From: an uncultured Dehalococcoidales bacterium
Lineage (GTDB): Bacteria; Chloroflexota; Dehalococcoidia; Dehalococcoidales; UBA2162
NCBI GenBank assembly: GCA_964583115.1
Contig: CAZOUZ010000002.1
Span: 1 to 33,976, forward strand
DNA: 33,976 nt
Direction of reading: 5' to 3'
Numbering within the stretch: position 1 is the first letter of the stretch; the number at the start of each line of letters is the position of its first letter. The notes under the pieces were generated by a model that was given only the letters and a program-made list of their open reading frames with translations, did not search any database and had not been told where the DNA came from. The position numbers and the translations under genes were made by a program. Shown piece after piece: positions 24,188 to 33,115 of this stretch.

Positions 24188-25021
24188 TCAGACGTGAGCG
24201 GCGAGCCAGGCTCCGATATCCCGGAAAACCTGTTCTCGCTCCGGCTCATTGAAAATCTCGTGGTAGAAACCTTCGTAAAGCTTCAGCGTCCTGTCCTCCG
24301 AGCCTACTCGTTCAAACAGCATCCGGCTGCCTTCGGGGTCGGACAGCCGGTCGTCAGCGCCGTGCATTATCAGCACCGGCAGCTTGATTTCCGGTATTGC
24401 GGAGGGCAGTTCCCGCGTAATTTTGATAAGCTCGGCGCCCAGACGGGCGCGAATCTTCCCTCTGTAAACAAGCGGGTCGTTCACGTAACCGTCCACCACA
24501 GCCCTGTCCCGGCTGAGGGTAGAGGCATCAAGAACGGTGGTGCCGGTCTTCGGCAGCAGCAGGGAGAGTACCTTCGCCATCGCCATCAGCGCCGGCGATA
24601 CGGTGGAGTCGATTTTCAGAGCCGCCCCGGAAAGCAGCAGCCCGGCAAGCCTGTCCTGATAACGGACGGCATAAGCAACGGCAATCGTTGCCCCCATACT
24701 GTGGCCGACGGGGAAGATTTTAGCCTGCTCATACTCATTTCTTATCATCCCGATAAATGTATCGAGGTCTTGAACATACTCGGAGAACCGCCCGACATAG
24801 CACCGCAAGCCTTCCGACCTGCCGTGCCCCCGCTGGTCAAAACCGTAGACAGCGTAACCTTTCGGCACAAAGTAGTCGACGAGGTTTGCATAACGCCCGC
24901 TGTGCTCGGCCAGACCGTGAACGACCAGCAATACCGCCTTCGGATTTGCCGGCGGCAGCCAGCACTGGTAATAGAGGTCAAGGTTACCGTATCCCCTGAA
25001 CTTACCTTCTCTATGCTCCAT
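24188..25021 (-). CDS. Alpha/beta hydrolase, lysophospholipase / monoacylglycerol lipase-like
   Basis: VVHGLAEHSGRY and the nucleophile elbow GHSMGA are present, along with the C-terminal HGADDRL and YHEIFNEPE typical of PldB/MGL-type enzymes. Confidence 0.88.
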   Translation of the reverse strand: MEHREGKFRGYGNLDLYYQCWLPPANPKAVLLVVHGLAEHSGRYANLVDYFVPKGYAVYGFDQRGHGRSEGLRCYVGRFSEYVQDLDTFIGMIRNEYEQAKIFPVGHSMGATIAVAYAVRYQDRLAGLLLSGAALKIDSTVSPALMAMAKVLSLLLPKTGTTVLDASTLSRDRAVVDGYVNDPLVYRGKIRARLGAELIKITRELPSAIPEIKLPVLIMHGADDRLSDPEGSRMLFERVGSEDRTLKLYEGFYHEIFNEPEREQVFRDIGAWLAAHV

Positions 25022-25041
25022 TATTTTCGTCCGGGGCAGGC

Positions 25042-25689
25042 TTAACTCTTGTCCCGCCGCAGCAGTTCATTCCGCAAACTCCCTGCGTTCCCCGCCTGTG
25101 AAAGAGCGGCTCTGGCAGTGGGAATAAAGTTGAGCACCATGACTACGATTAGAATAACTGAGAATACCACAGGCAGCCAGGTCTTTTCCAGAAACCCGGC
25201 GGATACGGGCAGGGAGAGGAGGCCGATATTCAGCGACAGCACCGGATTGCGGGTAATGAGTGAGAGTATAAACATAATAATGAAAACAATCAGCAGCGCC
25301 CAGGGCATTACCATCGCCAGTACCCCTACTGCCGCCGCCAGACCGTTTCCTCCGGTGAACTTCAGATAGACCGACCACATATGGCCGGCTACGGCTGCTA
25401 TTCCGGCAAGAAAGACGAAAAGGTGAGGTTCATAGATTGGAACGCCCAGCAACCAGTGGGCGATAGCTACCGACGCCGCCCCCTTACCTATATCGAAGAT
25501 TGCCACCGGAATCGCCGCTGCCAGACCGACCTCCCGGAAGACATTCCGCCCGCCGGCATTACCCCCGCCAAGTCGACGGATATCTTTTCCGGTTACCAGA
25601 CGGGTAACAATGTAAGCAGAGTTAATAGAGCCAAGCAGGTAAGCAATAACTACGGCTACAAATCCGGTAACAACCTCGTTCAGTATCAT
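25042..25689 (-). CDS. plsY: Glycerol-3-phosphate acyltransferase PlsY
   Basis: GSINSAYIV...DIRRLGGGNAGGRNVFRE matches the PlsY motifs (GSIPSAY, GSGNxGATN). It is a ~215-aa polytopic membrane protein. Confidence 0.88.
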   Translation of the reverse strand: MILNEVVTGFVAVVIAYLLGSINSAYIVTRLVTGKDIRRLGGGNAGGRNVFREVGLAAAIPVAIFDIGKGAASVAIAHWLLGVPIYEPHLFVFLAGIAAVAGHMWSVYLKFTGGNGLAAAVGVLAMVMPWALLIVFIIMFILSLITRNPVLSLNIGLLSLPVSAGFLEKTWLPVVFSVILIVVMVLNFIPTARAALSQAGNAGSLRNELLRRDKS

Positions 25690-25722
25690 TTATGCCCCCA
25701 CTTGATTAACCGGCAGCTTTAC

Positions 25723-26580
25723 TCAATCAGTGTAGAAAGCCACCGCCAGGGTCCCGGTGCCGGTTGCATAGCCCATCACCGGGGTGAACTCGCTTATCCA
25801 AAGCTCCACACAATTGAATTCGGACGCAAGCCGCTCTCTTAATTTCTCCGCTTCATCCGGGGCATAGGCATGCATTACGGCGACGTGCGCCGGACTCTGC
25901 CCTACTTTGCGTCTCATCAGCCTGATGACACGTTCAATACCCTTCTCCCGGCTTCTTACCGCTCCGGCGAAACGAACCAGCCCCGAGGAGGCTGTAAGTA
26001 TAGGTTTAATATTCAGCATCGAGCCAACACTGGATGCAACCTTGGGTATCCGCCCGGTGCGGTAAACGTAACGGATGGTGTCCAGAAGAGCTAAAAATTG
26101 GACCTTATCCCTTACTTCCTCAGCCACTTTAATCGATTCTGCCAGGTCTTTCCCCTCTGCGGCAGCCCGGGCAACAGCCAGGGCGACAAATCCTTCCGCG
26201 GCGGTAACATTCTTGGAGTCCAGCACTTCAATGGTGACTTCGGGAAGCTCGGCCCTGGCGTCTTCCATGGCCACGCGAGCCATTTCATAACCCGTGCTCA
26301 GCCTTGATGAAAGGGTAACGCAAAGGATGTTCTTTGCCTGCTCACTGGCTTCACGGTAGGCTTCAAGATAGTGCCCGGGTGACGACGGCGAGGTATTGAA
26401 TCTCTCGGGGTCTTTCAAGAACAGTTCGTAAGCCTGGGACGGGGTCATATCCACCATGTCCCGGTAGACCTTACCCTGCACAAGGAGCCTGATAGGCACA
26501 ATAATGATACCGTACTGCTCAATAAGCTCCCCTGCCAGGCAGGATATGCTATCGGTAACAACGGCAACCTGTTTATCCAT
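25723..26580 (-). CDS. DegV family fatty-acid-binding protein
   Basis: The N-terminal VAVVTDSISCL, overall length, two-domain pattern and linkage to plsY are all typical of DegV/FakB. Confidence 0.9.
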   Translation of the reverse strand: MDKQVAVVTDSISCLAGELIEQYGIIIVPIRLLVQGKVYRDMVDMTPSQAYELFLKDPERFNTSPSSPGHYLEAYREASEQAKNILCVTLSSRLSTGYEMARVAMEDARAELPEVTIEVLDSKNVTAAEGFVALAVARAAAEGKDLAESIKVAEEVRDKVQFLALLDTIRYVYRTGRIPKVASSVGSMLNIKPILTASSGLVRFAGAVRSREKGIERVIRLMRRKVGQSPAHVAVMHAYAPDEAEKLRERLASEFNCVELWISEFTPVMGYATGTGTLAVAFYTD

Positions 26581-26583
26581 ATT

Positions 26584-26639
26584 GTATTATGATACCTAGA
26601 GTTTCTAGGCATCATAATACACCGTAGATGTCTTGTCAA
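26584..26639 (-). promoter_or_regulatory. Candidate degV promoter (TTGACA-17-TATGAT, minus strand) overlapped by a 37-nt palindrome (possible operator)
   Basis: On the minus strand TTGACA lies at plus 26634-26639 and TATGAT at plus 26611-26616. The palindrome GTATTATGAT-ACCTAG-AGTTT-CTAGGC-ATCATAATAC spans 26584-26620, reaching from the -10 to 4 nt before the ATG. Confidence 0.5.
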
Positions 26640-26726
26640 CAGGTATCAGTAAACCTTTGAAAAACAGGGAAGCCGGTCAAAACGGCTAAAGCGCCCGCGC
26701 CCGGGGAAAAAACCGGAAAAAGGTGA

Positions 26727-28694
26727 CTATACCCTATCCTCTTTGAGAGACTCGACTACCGACGGGTCGGCCAGGGTGCTGATATCGCCCAGGTTATCAA
26801 CATCGCCGGCGCTAATCTTGGTCAGTATCCGCCTCATTATCTTGCCGCTCCTTGTCTTGGGCAGAGCATCGGCAAACTGAATCTTGTCCGGCGTGGCTAT
26901 CGGCCCTATCTCCCTGCGGACATGTGCCACGAGTTCCTTCTTTAGCTCGTCAGTACCCTCTATCCCGGCTTTCAAGGTGACAAAGGCGTATATGCCCTGC
27001 CCCTTTATCTCGTGCGGCATACCCACTACCGCCGCCTCCGCCACGTCCTGGTGTGATACCAGAGCGCTCTCCACCTCGGCGGTGCCCAGGCGGTGCCCGG
27101 ATACGTTGATAACATCGTCTATCCGTCCCATCAGCCAGTAGTAGCCGTCACTGTCCACCCTGGCTCCGTCCCCGGTTGTGTAAACCCCCGGATACTGTAC
27201 AAAATAATTGTTCTTGAACCTTTCCGGTTCCCCGTAGACCGTCCGCATCAAGCCCGGCCATGGTCTCTTTATCACCAGGTATCCGCCTTCGTTTACATCC
27301 GCTTCAGTACCGTCCTGTCTGAGCACGGCAGGCTCTATCCCGGGAAACGGCACCGTTGCCGAGCCGGGCTTTATCGGTACTGCCCCGGGTAACGGCGTTA
27401 TTAAGATGCCTCCGGTCTCCGTCTGCCACCAGGTATCCACTATCGGGCACCTGCCTTTGCCGATTACATTGTAATACCACATCCACGCCTCGGGATTTAT
27501 CGGCTCTCCTACCGAACCTAACACCCGCAGCGAACCCATGTCATGCCGGTCCGGCCACTCATCACCTTCCCTCATTATTGCCCGCAGGGCGGTAGGCGCC
27601 GTGTAAAAGATATTTACCTGGTACTTCTCCACAATGGCCCAGAACCTGTCGGGACGGGGATAATTGGGTACCCCTTCAAACATAAGGCTGGTAGCTCCAA
27701 AGGCTAACGGAGCGTAGACTATATAACTGTGTCCGGTCACCCAGCCGATGTCCGCCGTGCACCAGTAGGTGTCCTCTTCTTTCACGTCGAATATCCACTT
27801 GAATGTCTGATAGGCATATAGCAGATATCCGGCCTGGGTGTGCAGCACTCCTTTCGGCTTACCGGTGCTGCCGCTGGTATAGAGTATGAACAGCGGGTCT
27901 TCCGAGTCCATTACCTCGGGCTCGCAGAACGGCCTGGCTTCCCCGGATGCCATCTCATCGTGCCACCAGCAGTCACGCCCCTCTTTCATCTCTACGTTGA
28001 CATTCGCCCGCCTGACCACTATCGCGTCTTTTACTTTGGGACACTGCTCAAGGGCAGCATCGGCATTATCTTTGCTCCTGATTACCCGGCCTGCCCGGTA
28101 GTAGCCATCGGCACAGATAAGTACCGTGGAATCACAGTCAAGCATCCTGTCCCTCAATGCCTCGGCGCTGAACCCGCCGAATACCACGCTGTGTATCGCC
28201 CCGACACGGGCACAGGCAAGCATAGCTATCGGCAGCTCGAGAATCATCGGCAGGTATATCGATACCCGGTCCCCTTTCTTCACGCCGTGCTTCTTCAACA
28301 CGTTGGCAAATGTGCATACCTCGTGATACAGCTCCTGATAGGTCAGCGTCTTGCTCTCTCCTCCATCCCCTTCCCAGACTAACGCCGCTTTATTCTTCCG
28401 CCAGGTCTTTAAGTGCCTGTCCAGACAGTTGTAGCTAACATTCAGCTTGCCGCCGACGAACCACTGGTGCTTGCCTTCTTTGAAGTCCTCTACGAGCACC
28501 TCTTTCCACTTCTCATACCAGTCAAGCTGCTCCGCCAGCTCCCCCCAGAACGCCTCAGGGTCTTCTACCGACCTCTTATATATCTCCCTGTACTCGTCCA
28601 GGCTCTTTATGTACGCCTGCTCGCTCAGTTCTTTCGGCGGGGCAAATACCCTGTCCTCCGCCATCATCGATGTAATCGTCTTGTCTTGCTCCAC
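26727..28694 (-). CDS. acs: Acetyl-CoA synthetase (AMP-forming)
   Basis: Acs motifs are present: [43 protein letters not shown] and [14 protein letters not shown] prefer the GTG at 28692-28694 (GGAGGAGGA SD 6 nt upstream) over the track start at 28727. The ATG-ATG at 28662-28667 is another possible start. Confidence 0.93.
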   Translation of the reverse strand: MEQDKTITSMMAEDRVFAPPKELSEQAYIKSLDEYREIYKRSVEDPEAFWGELAEQLDWYEKWKEVLVEDFKEGKHQWFVGGKLNVSYNCLDRHLKTWRKNKAALVWEGDGGESKTLTYQELYHEVCTFANVLKKHGVKKGDRVSIYLPMILELPIAMLACARVGAIHSVVFGGFSAEALRDRMLDCDSTVLICADGYYRAGRVIRSKDNADAALEQCPKVKDAIVVRRANVNVEMKEGRDCWWHDEMASGEARPFCEPEVMDSEDPLFILYTSGSTGKPKGVLHTQAGYLLYAYQTFKWIFDVKEEDTYWCTADIGWVTGHSYIVYAPLAFGATSLMFEGVPNYPRPDRFWAIVEKYQVNIFYTAPTALRAIMREGDEWPDRHDMGSLRVLGSVGEPINPEAWMWYYNVIGKGRCPIVDTWWQTETGGILITPLPGAVPIKPGSATVPFPGIEPAVLRQDGTEADVNEGGYLVIKRPWPGLMRTVYGEPERFKNNYFVQYPGVYTTGDGARVDSDGYYWLMGRIDDVINVSGHRLGTAEVESALVSHQDVAEAAVVGMPHEIKGQGIYAFVTLKAGIEGTDELKKELVAHVRREIGPIATPDKIQFADALPKTRSGKIMRRILTKISAGDVDNLGDISTLADPSVVESLKEDRV

Positions 28695-28820
28695 AGATAG
28701 TCCTCCTCCCCAAAAATCTACGGTCACATATCCCCACAGAAGCGCACAAAGAGCAGTAAAAATGTGCAGGTTTGTTTATATGAGACCAGTCTGCGCAAAG
28801 ACGCAGCCTTTTTGTTCTAA

Positions 28821-29276
28821 CTAATCCTGGTAAGTAACACCCATTAACTGAGTAAAAGCCATCCGCAACTTTTGAGACGCTACGCAAGCTACACCAGCTA
28901 ATACTTCAGCGCATAACCTGGGATTTGTATTGACCAGCTCCCGAAGTTGTTTGCCGTCAAAAGCAAGCACCTTTGTCTTTTCGATTGCTTTCGCCGCGCA
29001 AACGTGGTGATACGGAGGCGCCACAGCCGTCCAGCTAAAACAGCCGAAGTCGGAAACAGCCTGAATTTGCCGCCTGTCCGTTGGACCCAGCTCAAGCATA
29101 ATAGATACCAACCCGTCTTCAATCACGTACATATCCGTTGACGCCGTTTCCTGCTTGAATATGATTGTGCCGGCTTCGAATTCTTCGTAACGGCACAGCT
29201 TTGCTACTTCGGCAATATCATCGTCGCTCAGGTGACTGAAAACGTCCGACTTTTTCATGACTTCCACTGTTTCCAT
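28821..29276 (-). CDS. Stand-alone cyclic-nucleotide-binding-like domain protein (no DNA-binding domain)
   Basis: The cNMP-binding beta-roll pattern is present: SDVFSHLSDDDIAEVAKLCRYEEFEAGTIIFKQETASTDMYVIEDGLVSI. The start is the ATG at 29274-29276 (METVEV...), with a GGAGGGGG SD 4 nt upstream. The phosphate-binding cassette is non-canonical (FGCF...HHVCAAKA). Confidence 0.75.
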   Translation of the reverse strand: METVEVMKKSDVFSHLSDDDIAEVAKLCRYEEFEAGTIIFKQETASTDMYVIEDGLVSIMLELGPTDRRQIQAVSDFGCFSWTAVAPPYHHVCAAKAIEKTKVLAFDGKQLRELVNTNPRLCAEVLAGVACVASQKLRMAFTQLMGVTYQD

Positions 29277-29431
29277 ATTTCCCCCTCCTGAACCATTGTA
29301 TCCCTTAAGCATGGCGACCAAATGCGATTATACCACAGATACATGGTCGGAGGATAATCTCTCAGGCCCTTTAAGAGACAGCCGCAGCGGTCCTTCATAG
29401 TCTACCTTTCAGGTATTTTTCAGGGACGGCA

Positions 29432-29460
29432 TTGCTACTCAAAAAGGGGAGTGTTATAAT
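29432..29460 (+). promoter_or_regulatory. Candidate promoter of the histidine kinase/response regulator operon (TTGCTA-17-TGtTATAAT)
   Basis: TTGCTA lies at 29432-29437, followed by a 17-nt spacer with an extended-10 TG at 29452-29453, then TATAAT at 29455-29460. The ATG is at 29481. Confidence 0.45.
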
Positions 29461-29480
29461 CCAGCACAAGGACAGGTGGC

Positions 29481-31673
29481 ATGACTTTACGTACCAAGGC
29501 ACTGTTAATTATCGGTATAGCCCTGCTCAGCATGGGCGGGTTAATATACGTTACCTCACGCTTCACCTTTATGAGAGGTCTCGAAGAGATTGAAGAACGT
29601 AATACCGGCAGGCAGGTCGAACAGGCGATTGGCGCCCTATCTCATATCATATCCGGACTGGAGGCTAACACTGCCAACTGGGCTTCATGGGACGATACCT
29701 ACGCCTTTATCGAGGACAGGAACGAAAAATATATCAAGTCGAACCTCGTCGATGATACATTCATCACCATGAAGCTCAATATTATGGTTTTTATTAACTC
29801 CTCCGGCGATGTCGTCTTCAGCAAGGCTTTTGACCTTGATAAAGAGGAGGAAACGGAAGTCCCGCGTGACCTGCTGGGACATCTTTCCGGGGATAGTCCC
29901 CTTTTGAGCCTCTCCGGCGCCCAGAGCTTCGCTTCAGGTATTCTCTCTCTGAAACAGGGACCTCTAATCATCACCTCGCAACCCATCCTGACCAGTGAAG
30001 ACGAAGGACCTGCCCGCGGTACCCTCATCTTTGCCCGCTATCTCGATTCCGGAACAGTAGACGACCTGTCCCAGATTACCCTCCTTCCCATAACCGTGCG
30101 CCCTATCAACAACCTCGTACATCCGGATTTTAAGGAAGCATTTGCTTCCCTCTCGAATGACGAAGCTACTTTTGTAAAACCGCTGGATGGTCAGCAGACT
30201 GGCGGCTACGCATTACTCAAGGACATTTACGACAGGCCTGCTTTCATACTGAAAGTAGAGGTACCCAGAGAAACTTATCAACTCGGCCAGGCTGTAACCA
30301 GCTATTTCATCCTGTCCGTACTGGGAGCCGGCGCCCTCGTCGGAGCCCTGATGATGCTCCTGATACAGAAACAAGTCCTGTCACGGTTCACCAATCTTAT
30401 CCGGGGTATCGACAGCATTGCTGAAAGCGGAAACACGTCAACACGCATATCAATAGGAGGCAGAGACGAACTGAGCCTGGTAGCCGGCACAATCAACGGG
30501 ATGCTGGCGGCAATCCAGGAGGCGGGGATGGAAATACGGGAGAGTGAAAGGCGGCACCGCCTGCTTGCCGAGAACGTGACAGATGTAATCTGGACAACGG
30601 ACAATGAACTCAATTTTACCTATATCACTCCTTCGATAATACACCTTACGGGATATACCGTCGAGGAAGCTATGTCCCTGACGCTTCAGGAATCCATGGA
30701 TACGGCAACTTTTGAAAAAGCCAGAAAGGCTTTTGCCGAGGAAGCAGCCAGGGGAGATATATCATCCGGGGACACCCTGAGTATGCCGGCATTCGAAGTC
30801 CAGTTGAATAAGAAGGACGGCTCCACGGTATGGTCCGAGATTAAAATGTCCGCTATACGGGACTCCGGCGGTGCAGTCACCGGATTTACCGGTGTCGCCC
30901 GGGACATCAGCGAACGCAGGCAGGCTGCGGAAAACCTGCAGCTACAGTACGAACAGGAAAAAGCCTTAAGACAACAGCTTGAAGAAGAGATACAAAAAAG
31001 AATCGAGTTCACCAGGGCACTCGTCCACGAACTGAAAACACCGATTACGCCGGTGCTGGCAGCCGCCGAGCTGCTGCTTGAAGAAACTCTGGACGAACGC
31101 CTGACCAGACTGGTGCAGAACATCGACCGCAGCGCCTCCAACCTGAACCAGAGAATCGACGAACTCCTCGACCTGGCAAGAAGTGAAATTAACACCCTTC
31201 AACTAGACCTCGAGCCCGTAGACCTGATACCATTATTTAAGGAGGTAACGAATGAGATGACGCCTGTCGCCGAGCGCTACGGACAAAGCCTGAGCTCAGA
31301 TTTACCTCCGTCTCTTCCCGACGTATCCGTTGACACGGGACGTTTAAGACAGGTTATACTTAATCTCCTCAGCAATGCCTTCAAGTTTACCCCTACGGGA
31401 GGGAAGGTAACTATGAGAGTTAAGGAAAAAGGTCACAATCTCCTCGTGGAAGTAGAAGATACGGGACCCGGAATAAACAAGGAAGACCAGATGCGGCTGT
31501 TCGACCCCTACTTCCGGCGCCCCGGAGACAGAGAGCGCCTCAGCGGACTGGGACTGGGCCTAGGCCTGGCCAAGAAACTCGTGGAACTCCACGGAGGAGA
31601 GATGTGGATGCGCAGTCGAAAAGGTAAAGGCAGTACCTTCAGTTTTTCACTGCCAATAAAACCTGACAGTTAA
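29481..31673 (+). CDS. Sensor histidine kinase: TM-CHASE4-TM-HAMP-PAS-HisKA-HATPase
   Basis: There are two TM segments flanking a ~260-aa extracytoplasmic domain with the CHASE4-type motif ANWASWDDTYAFIEDRN. A HAMP-like linker and a PAS domain (LLAENVTDVIWTTD...GVARDISERRQ) follow. The kinase core shows the H-box HELKTPITP, the N-box LLSNAFKFTP, G1 EDTGPGI and G2 GLGLGLGLA. Confidence 0.93.
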   Translation: MTLRTKALLIIGIALLSMGGLIYVTSRFTFMRGLEEIEERNTGRQVEQAIGALSHIISGLEANTANWASWDDTYAFIEDRNEKYIKSNLVDDTFITMKLNIMVFINSSGDVVFSKAFDLDKEEETEVPRDLLGHLSGDSPLLSLSGAQSFASGILSLKQGPLIITSQPILTSEDEGPARGTLIFARYLDSGTVDDLSQITLLPITVRPINNLVHPDFKEAFASLSNDEATFVKPLDGQQTGGYALLKDIYDRPAFILKVEVPRETYQLGQAVTSYFILSVLGAGALVGALMMLLIQKQVLSRFTNLIRGIDSIAESGNTSTRISIGGRDELSLVAGTINGMLAAIQEAGMEIRESERRHRLLAENVTDVIWTTDNELNFTYITPSIIHLTGYTVEEAMSLTLQESMDTATFEKARKAFAEEAARGDISSGDTLSMPAFEVQLNKKDGSTVWSEIKMSAIRDSGGAVTGFTGVARDISERRQAAENLQLQYEQEKALRQQLEEEIQKRIEFTRALVHELKTPITPVLAAAELLLEETLDERLTRLVQNIDRSASNLNQRIDELLDLARSEINTLQLDLEPVDLIPLFKEVTNEMTPVAERYGQSLSSDLPPSLPDVSVDTGRLRQVILNLLSNAFKFTPTGGKVTMRVKEKGHNLLVEVEDTGPGINKEDQMRLFDPYFRRPGDRERLSGLGLGLGLAKKLVELHGGEMWMRSRKGKGSTFSFSLPIKPDS

Positions 31674-31684
31674 AGGGGAAAAGT

Positions 31685-32368
31685 ATGAAAGTACTTATTG
31701 TCGAAGATGACCACGAAATTGTAGAGATTATCTCGTTAGCCTTTGAAATACGCTGGCCCGAGGCGCAGCTCGTCTCCACCCATCTGGGAGAGCAGGGAGT
31801 GGAGATGGTAGAGGGCGAGAACCCCGATGTTGTCATTCTCGACCTCGGGCTGCCCGATATCAGCGGCTTCGACGTGCTGAAGGAAATCCGCACTTTTTCC
31901 ATGGTACCTATCCTGATTCTGACCGTCAGAGGTGAAGAAGCCGATATTGTCAAGGGGCTGGAGTGGGGAGCAGACGATTATATGATAAAACCCTTCCGGC
32001 AGCTTGAGCTTCTGTCACGCATAAAAGCACTGACCCGCAGAGCCGGCACTTCCGACGAAGAAAAACCGCTCGTCTGTGGAGAACTGCACTTCAACCCTAC
32101 TACGATGCAGCTATTTCAGGGAGAAGAAGAGTTAAAAATCACCCGAACCGAAGCAAATATCCTTAACAAGCTTATGTCAAATGCCGGCCAGGTTGTCGTC
32201 TACTCGAGCATAGCGGAATCGGTATGGGGAGACGATTATCCGGATGCGGTAGACAGCCTCCGCGTCTACATCCGGAGGCTGAGAGGGAAAATTGAAGAAA
32301 ACCCGGATAAACCGAAGATTATCCTCACCAAGACCGGTGTCGGATACATGATGGCAAAACCGGACTAG
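31685..32368 (+). CDS. OmpR/PhoB-family response regulator (receiver + winged helix)
   Basis: Receiver residues are intact (VLIVEDD, VILDLGLPD, ILTVRG, DDYMIKPF). The C-terminal wHTH is present (LTRTEANILNKL..., LRVYIRRLRGKIE, ILTKTGVGY). Confidence 0.95.
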   Translation: MKVLIVEDDHEIVEIISLAFEIRWPEAQLVSTHLGEQGVEMVEGENPDVVILDLGLPDISGFDVLKEIRTFSMVPILILTVRGEEADIVKGLEWGADDYMIKPFRQLELLSRIKALTRRAGTSDEEKPLVCGELHFNPTTMQLFQGEEELKITRTEANILNKLMSNAGQVVVYSSIAESVWGDDYPDAVDSLRVYIRRLRGKIEENPDKPKIILTKTGVGYMMAKPD

Positions 32369-32399
32369 TCTTCCTCAAAAATCACCTTCAGCGTTATCA

Positions 32400-32432
32400 G
32401 GCTGAAGCCCCTAGGGGCTTCAGCCTTTCGTT
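32400..32432 (+). terminator. Rho-independent terminator after the response regulator gene
   Basis: GGCTGAAGCCCC-TA-GGGGCTTCAGCC is a perfect 26-nt palindrome (32400-32425) followed by TTTCGTT. An upstream CTTCAGC (32386-32392) could form an alternative pairing with GCTGAAG. Confidence 0.7.
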
Positions 32433-32504
32433 AGGCGCTGTCACCGTATTCAAAACAGAAAACCCGCCGGCATCCCGGAGCCCCTGTTTACGGTATTATC
32501 TAGG

Positions 32505-32534
32505 ATTGTAACTACTTTGTAACCACTTTGTAAT
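32505..32534 (+). promoter_or_regulatory. Three direct repeats (ATTGTAAC / TTTGTAAC / TTTGTAAT) with exact 11-bp phasing; candidate OmpR-family regulator binding site
   Basis: The repeats lie at 32505-32512, 32516-32523 and 32527-32534, immediately upstream of a candidate -35/-10. Confidence 0.45.
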
Positions 32535-32547
32535 GTTTTTTTAATTT

Positions 32548-32576
32548 TTCAAGACGGTTTTTAAGCTCTTTATAAT
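32548..32576 (+). promoter_or_regulatory. Candidate promoter (TTCAAG-17-TATAAT) for the receiver-like/SipW/TasA-like genes
   Basis: TATAAT lies at 32571-32576 and a weak -35 TTCAAG at 32548-32553, with a 17-nt spacer. The weak -35 next to the direct repeats fits an activator-dependent promoter. Confidence 0.4.
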
Positions 32577-32608
32577 CCCGTGTGTGTATATTAGACGTGA
32601 GGTTGTTG

Positions 32609-33016
32609 ATGAAAGCGATAATTTACGGACGCGAGAGAACAATAAAAAAACTGACCGGACTACTTGAGGATGAAGGAATTGAAGTGAAAGTTAAACGGGA
32701 TGGAATCTATAAGACTATGGACTGGCAGGAAGACGGAGAGTTCGACTTGGCGATTGTTGACGGTCATATAGAGACCGCCGGGCTGGCCTGCCGGAATATC
32801 AGGGAATCCGGAAACACGCCGATTGCCCTGCTGGTAGACCCCAGACGGGCAAACTGGAAGCAGTTAGAGCCGCTGGATGCCGATTGCTATCTGCCGGAAA
32901 CGAAGGAAAACGGTGAGATGGCAGCCCGCCTCAGAGCGATACTGCGCCGCTACTCACACGGGAGACCGGCTGAAGGCAGGCCCGTCAGCGTAAGCGGAGG
33001 GACAGCAGCCAACTGA
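32609..33016 (+). CDS. Stand-alone degenerate receiver-like (pseudo-receiver) domain protein
   Basis: It has a CheY-like alternating pattern (KAIIYG..., FDLAIVDG, PIALLV, ADCYLPE, MAARLRAILRR). The N-terminal acidic pair is missing (IIYGRER in place of the usual VDD). The conserved Lys context (KP) is replaced (YLPETK). I prefer the ATG at 32609 (GTGAGGT SD 5 nt upstream) over the track GTG at 32582. Confidence 0.7.
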   Translation: MKAIIYGRERTIKKLTGLLEDEGIEVKVKRDGIYKTMDWQEDGEFDLAIVDGHIETAGLACRNIRESGNTPIALLVDPRRANWKQLEPLDADCYLPETKENGEMAARLRAILRRYSHGRPAEGRPVSVSGGTAAN

Positions 33017-33115
33017 TATGCCCCCGGGCAGAATTTTTAGCGATAATTCAACACGGATTTTACAGATATTTAACACAGGTACCGGAAAATAAAAAGGAGG
33101 AACAGGAAAGAGAAC

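Noticed and set aside
22160-25045. Three long plus-strand ORFs (22160..23152, 23214..24197, 24194..25045; 283-330 aa) opposite the bicupin and hydrolase genes
   Set aside because: Each mirrors a minus-strand gene that has strong SDs and family motifs (cupin HxH...E, GHSMGA). The plus-strand translations are Arg/Pro/Gly-rich without motifs or SDs. I consider them antisense artefacts.
28778-28812. Short hairpin CTGCG-CAAAGA-CGCAG followed by CCTTTTTGTT between the cNMP-like gene and acs
   Set aside because: It has only a 5-bp stem. Its T-run is on the plus strand, where no gene ends; on the coding (minus) strand it lacks a U-tract. It is probably not a functional terminator.
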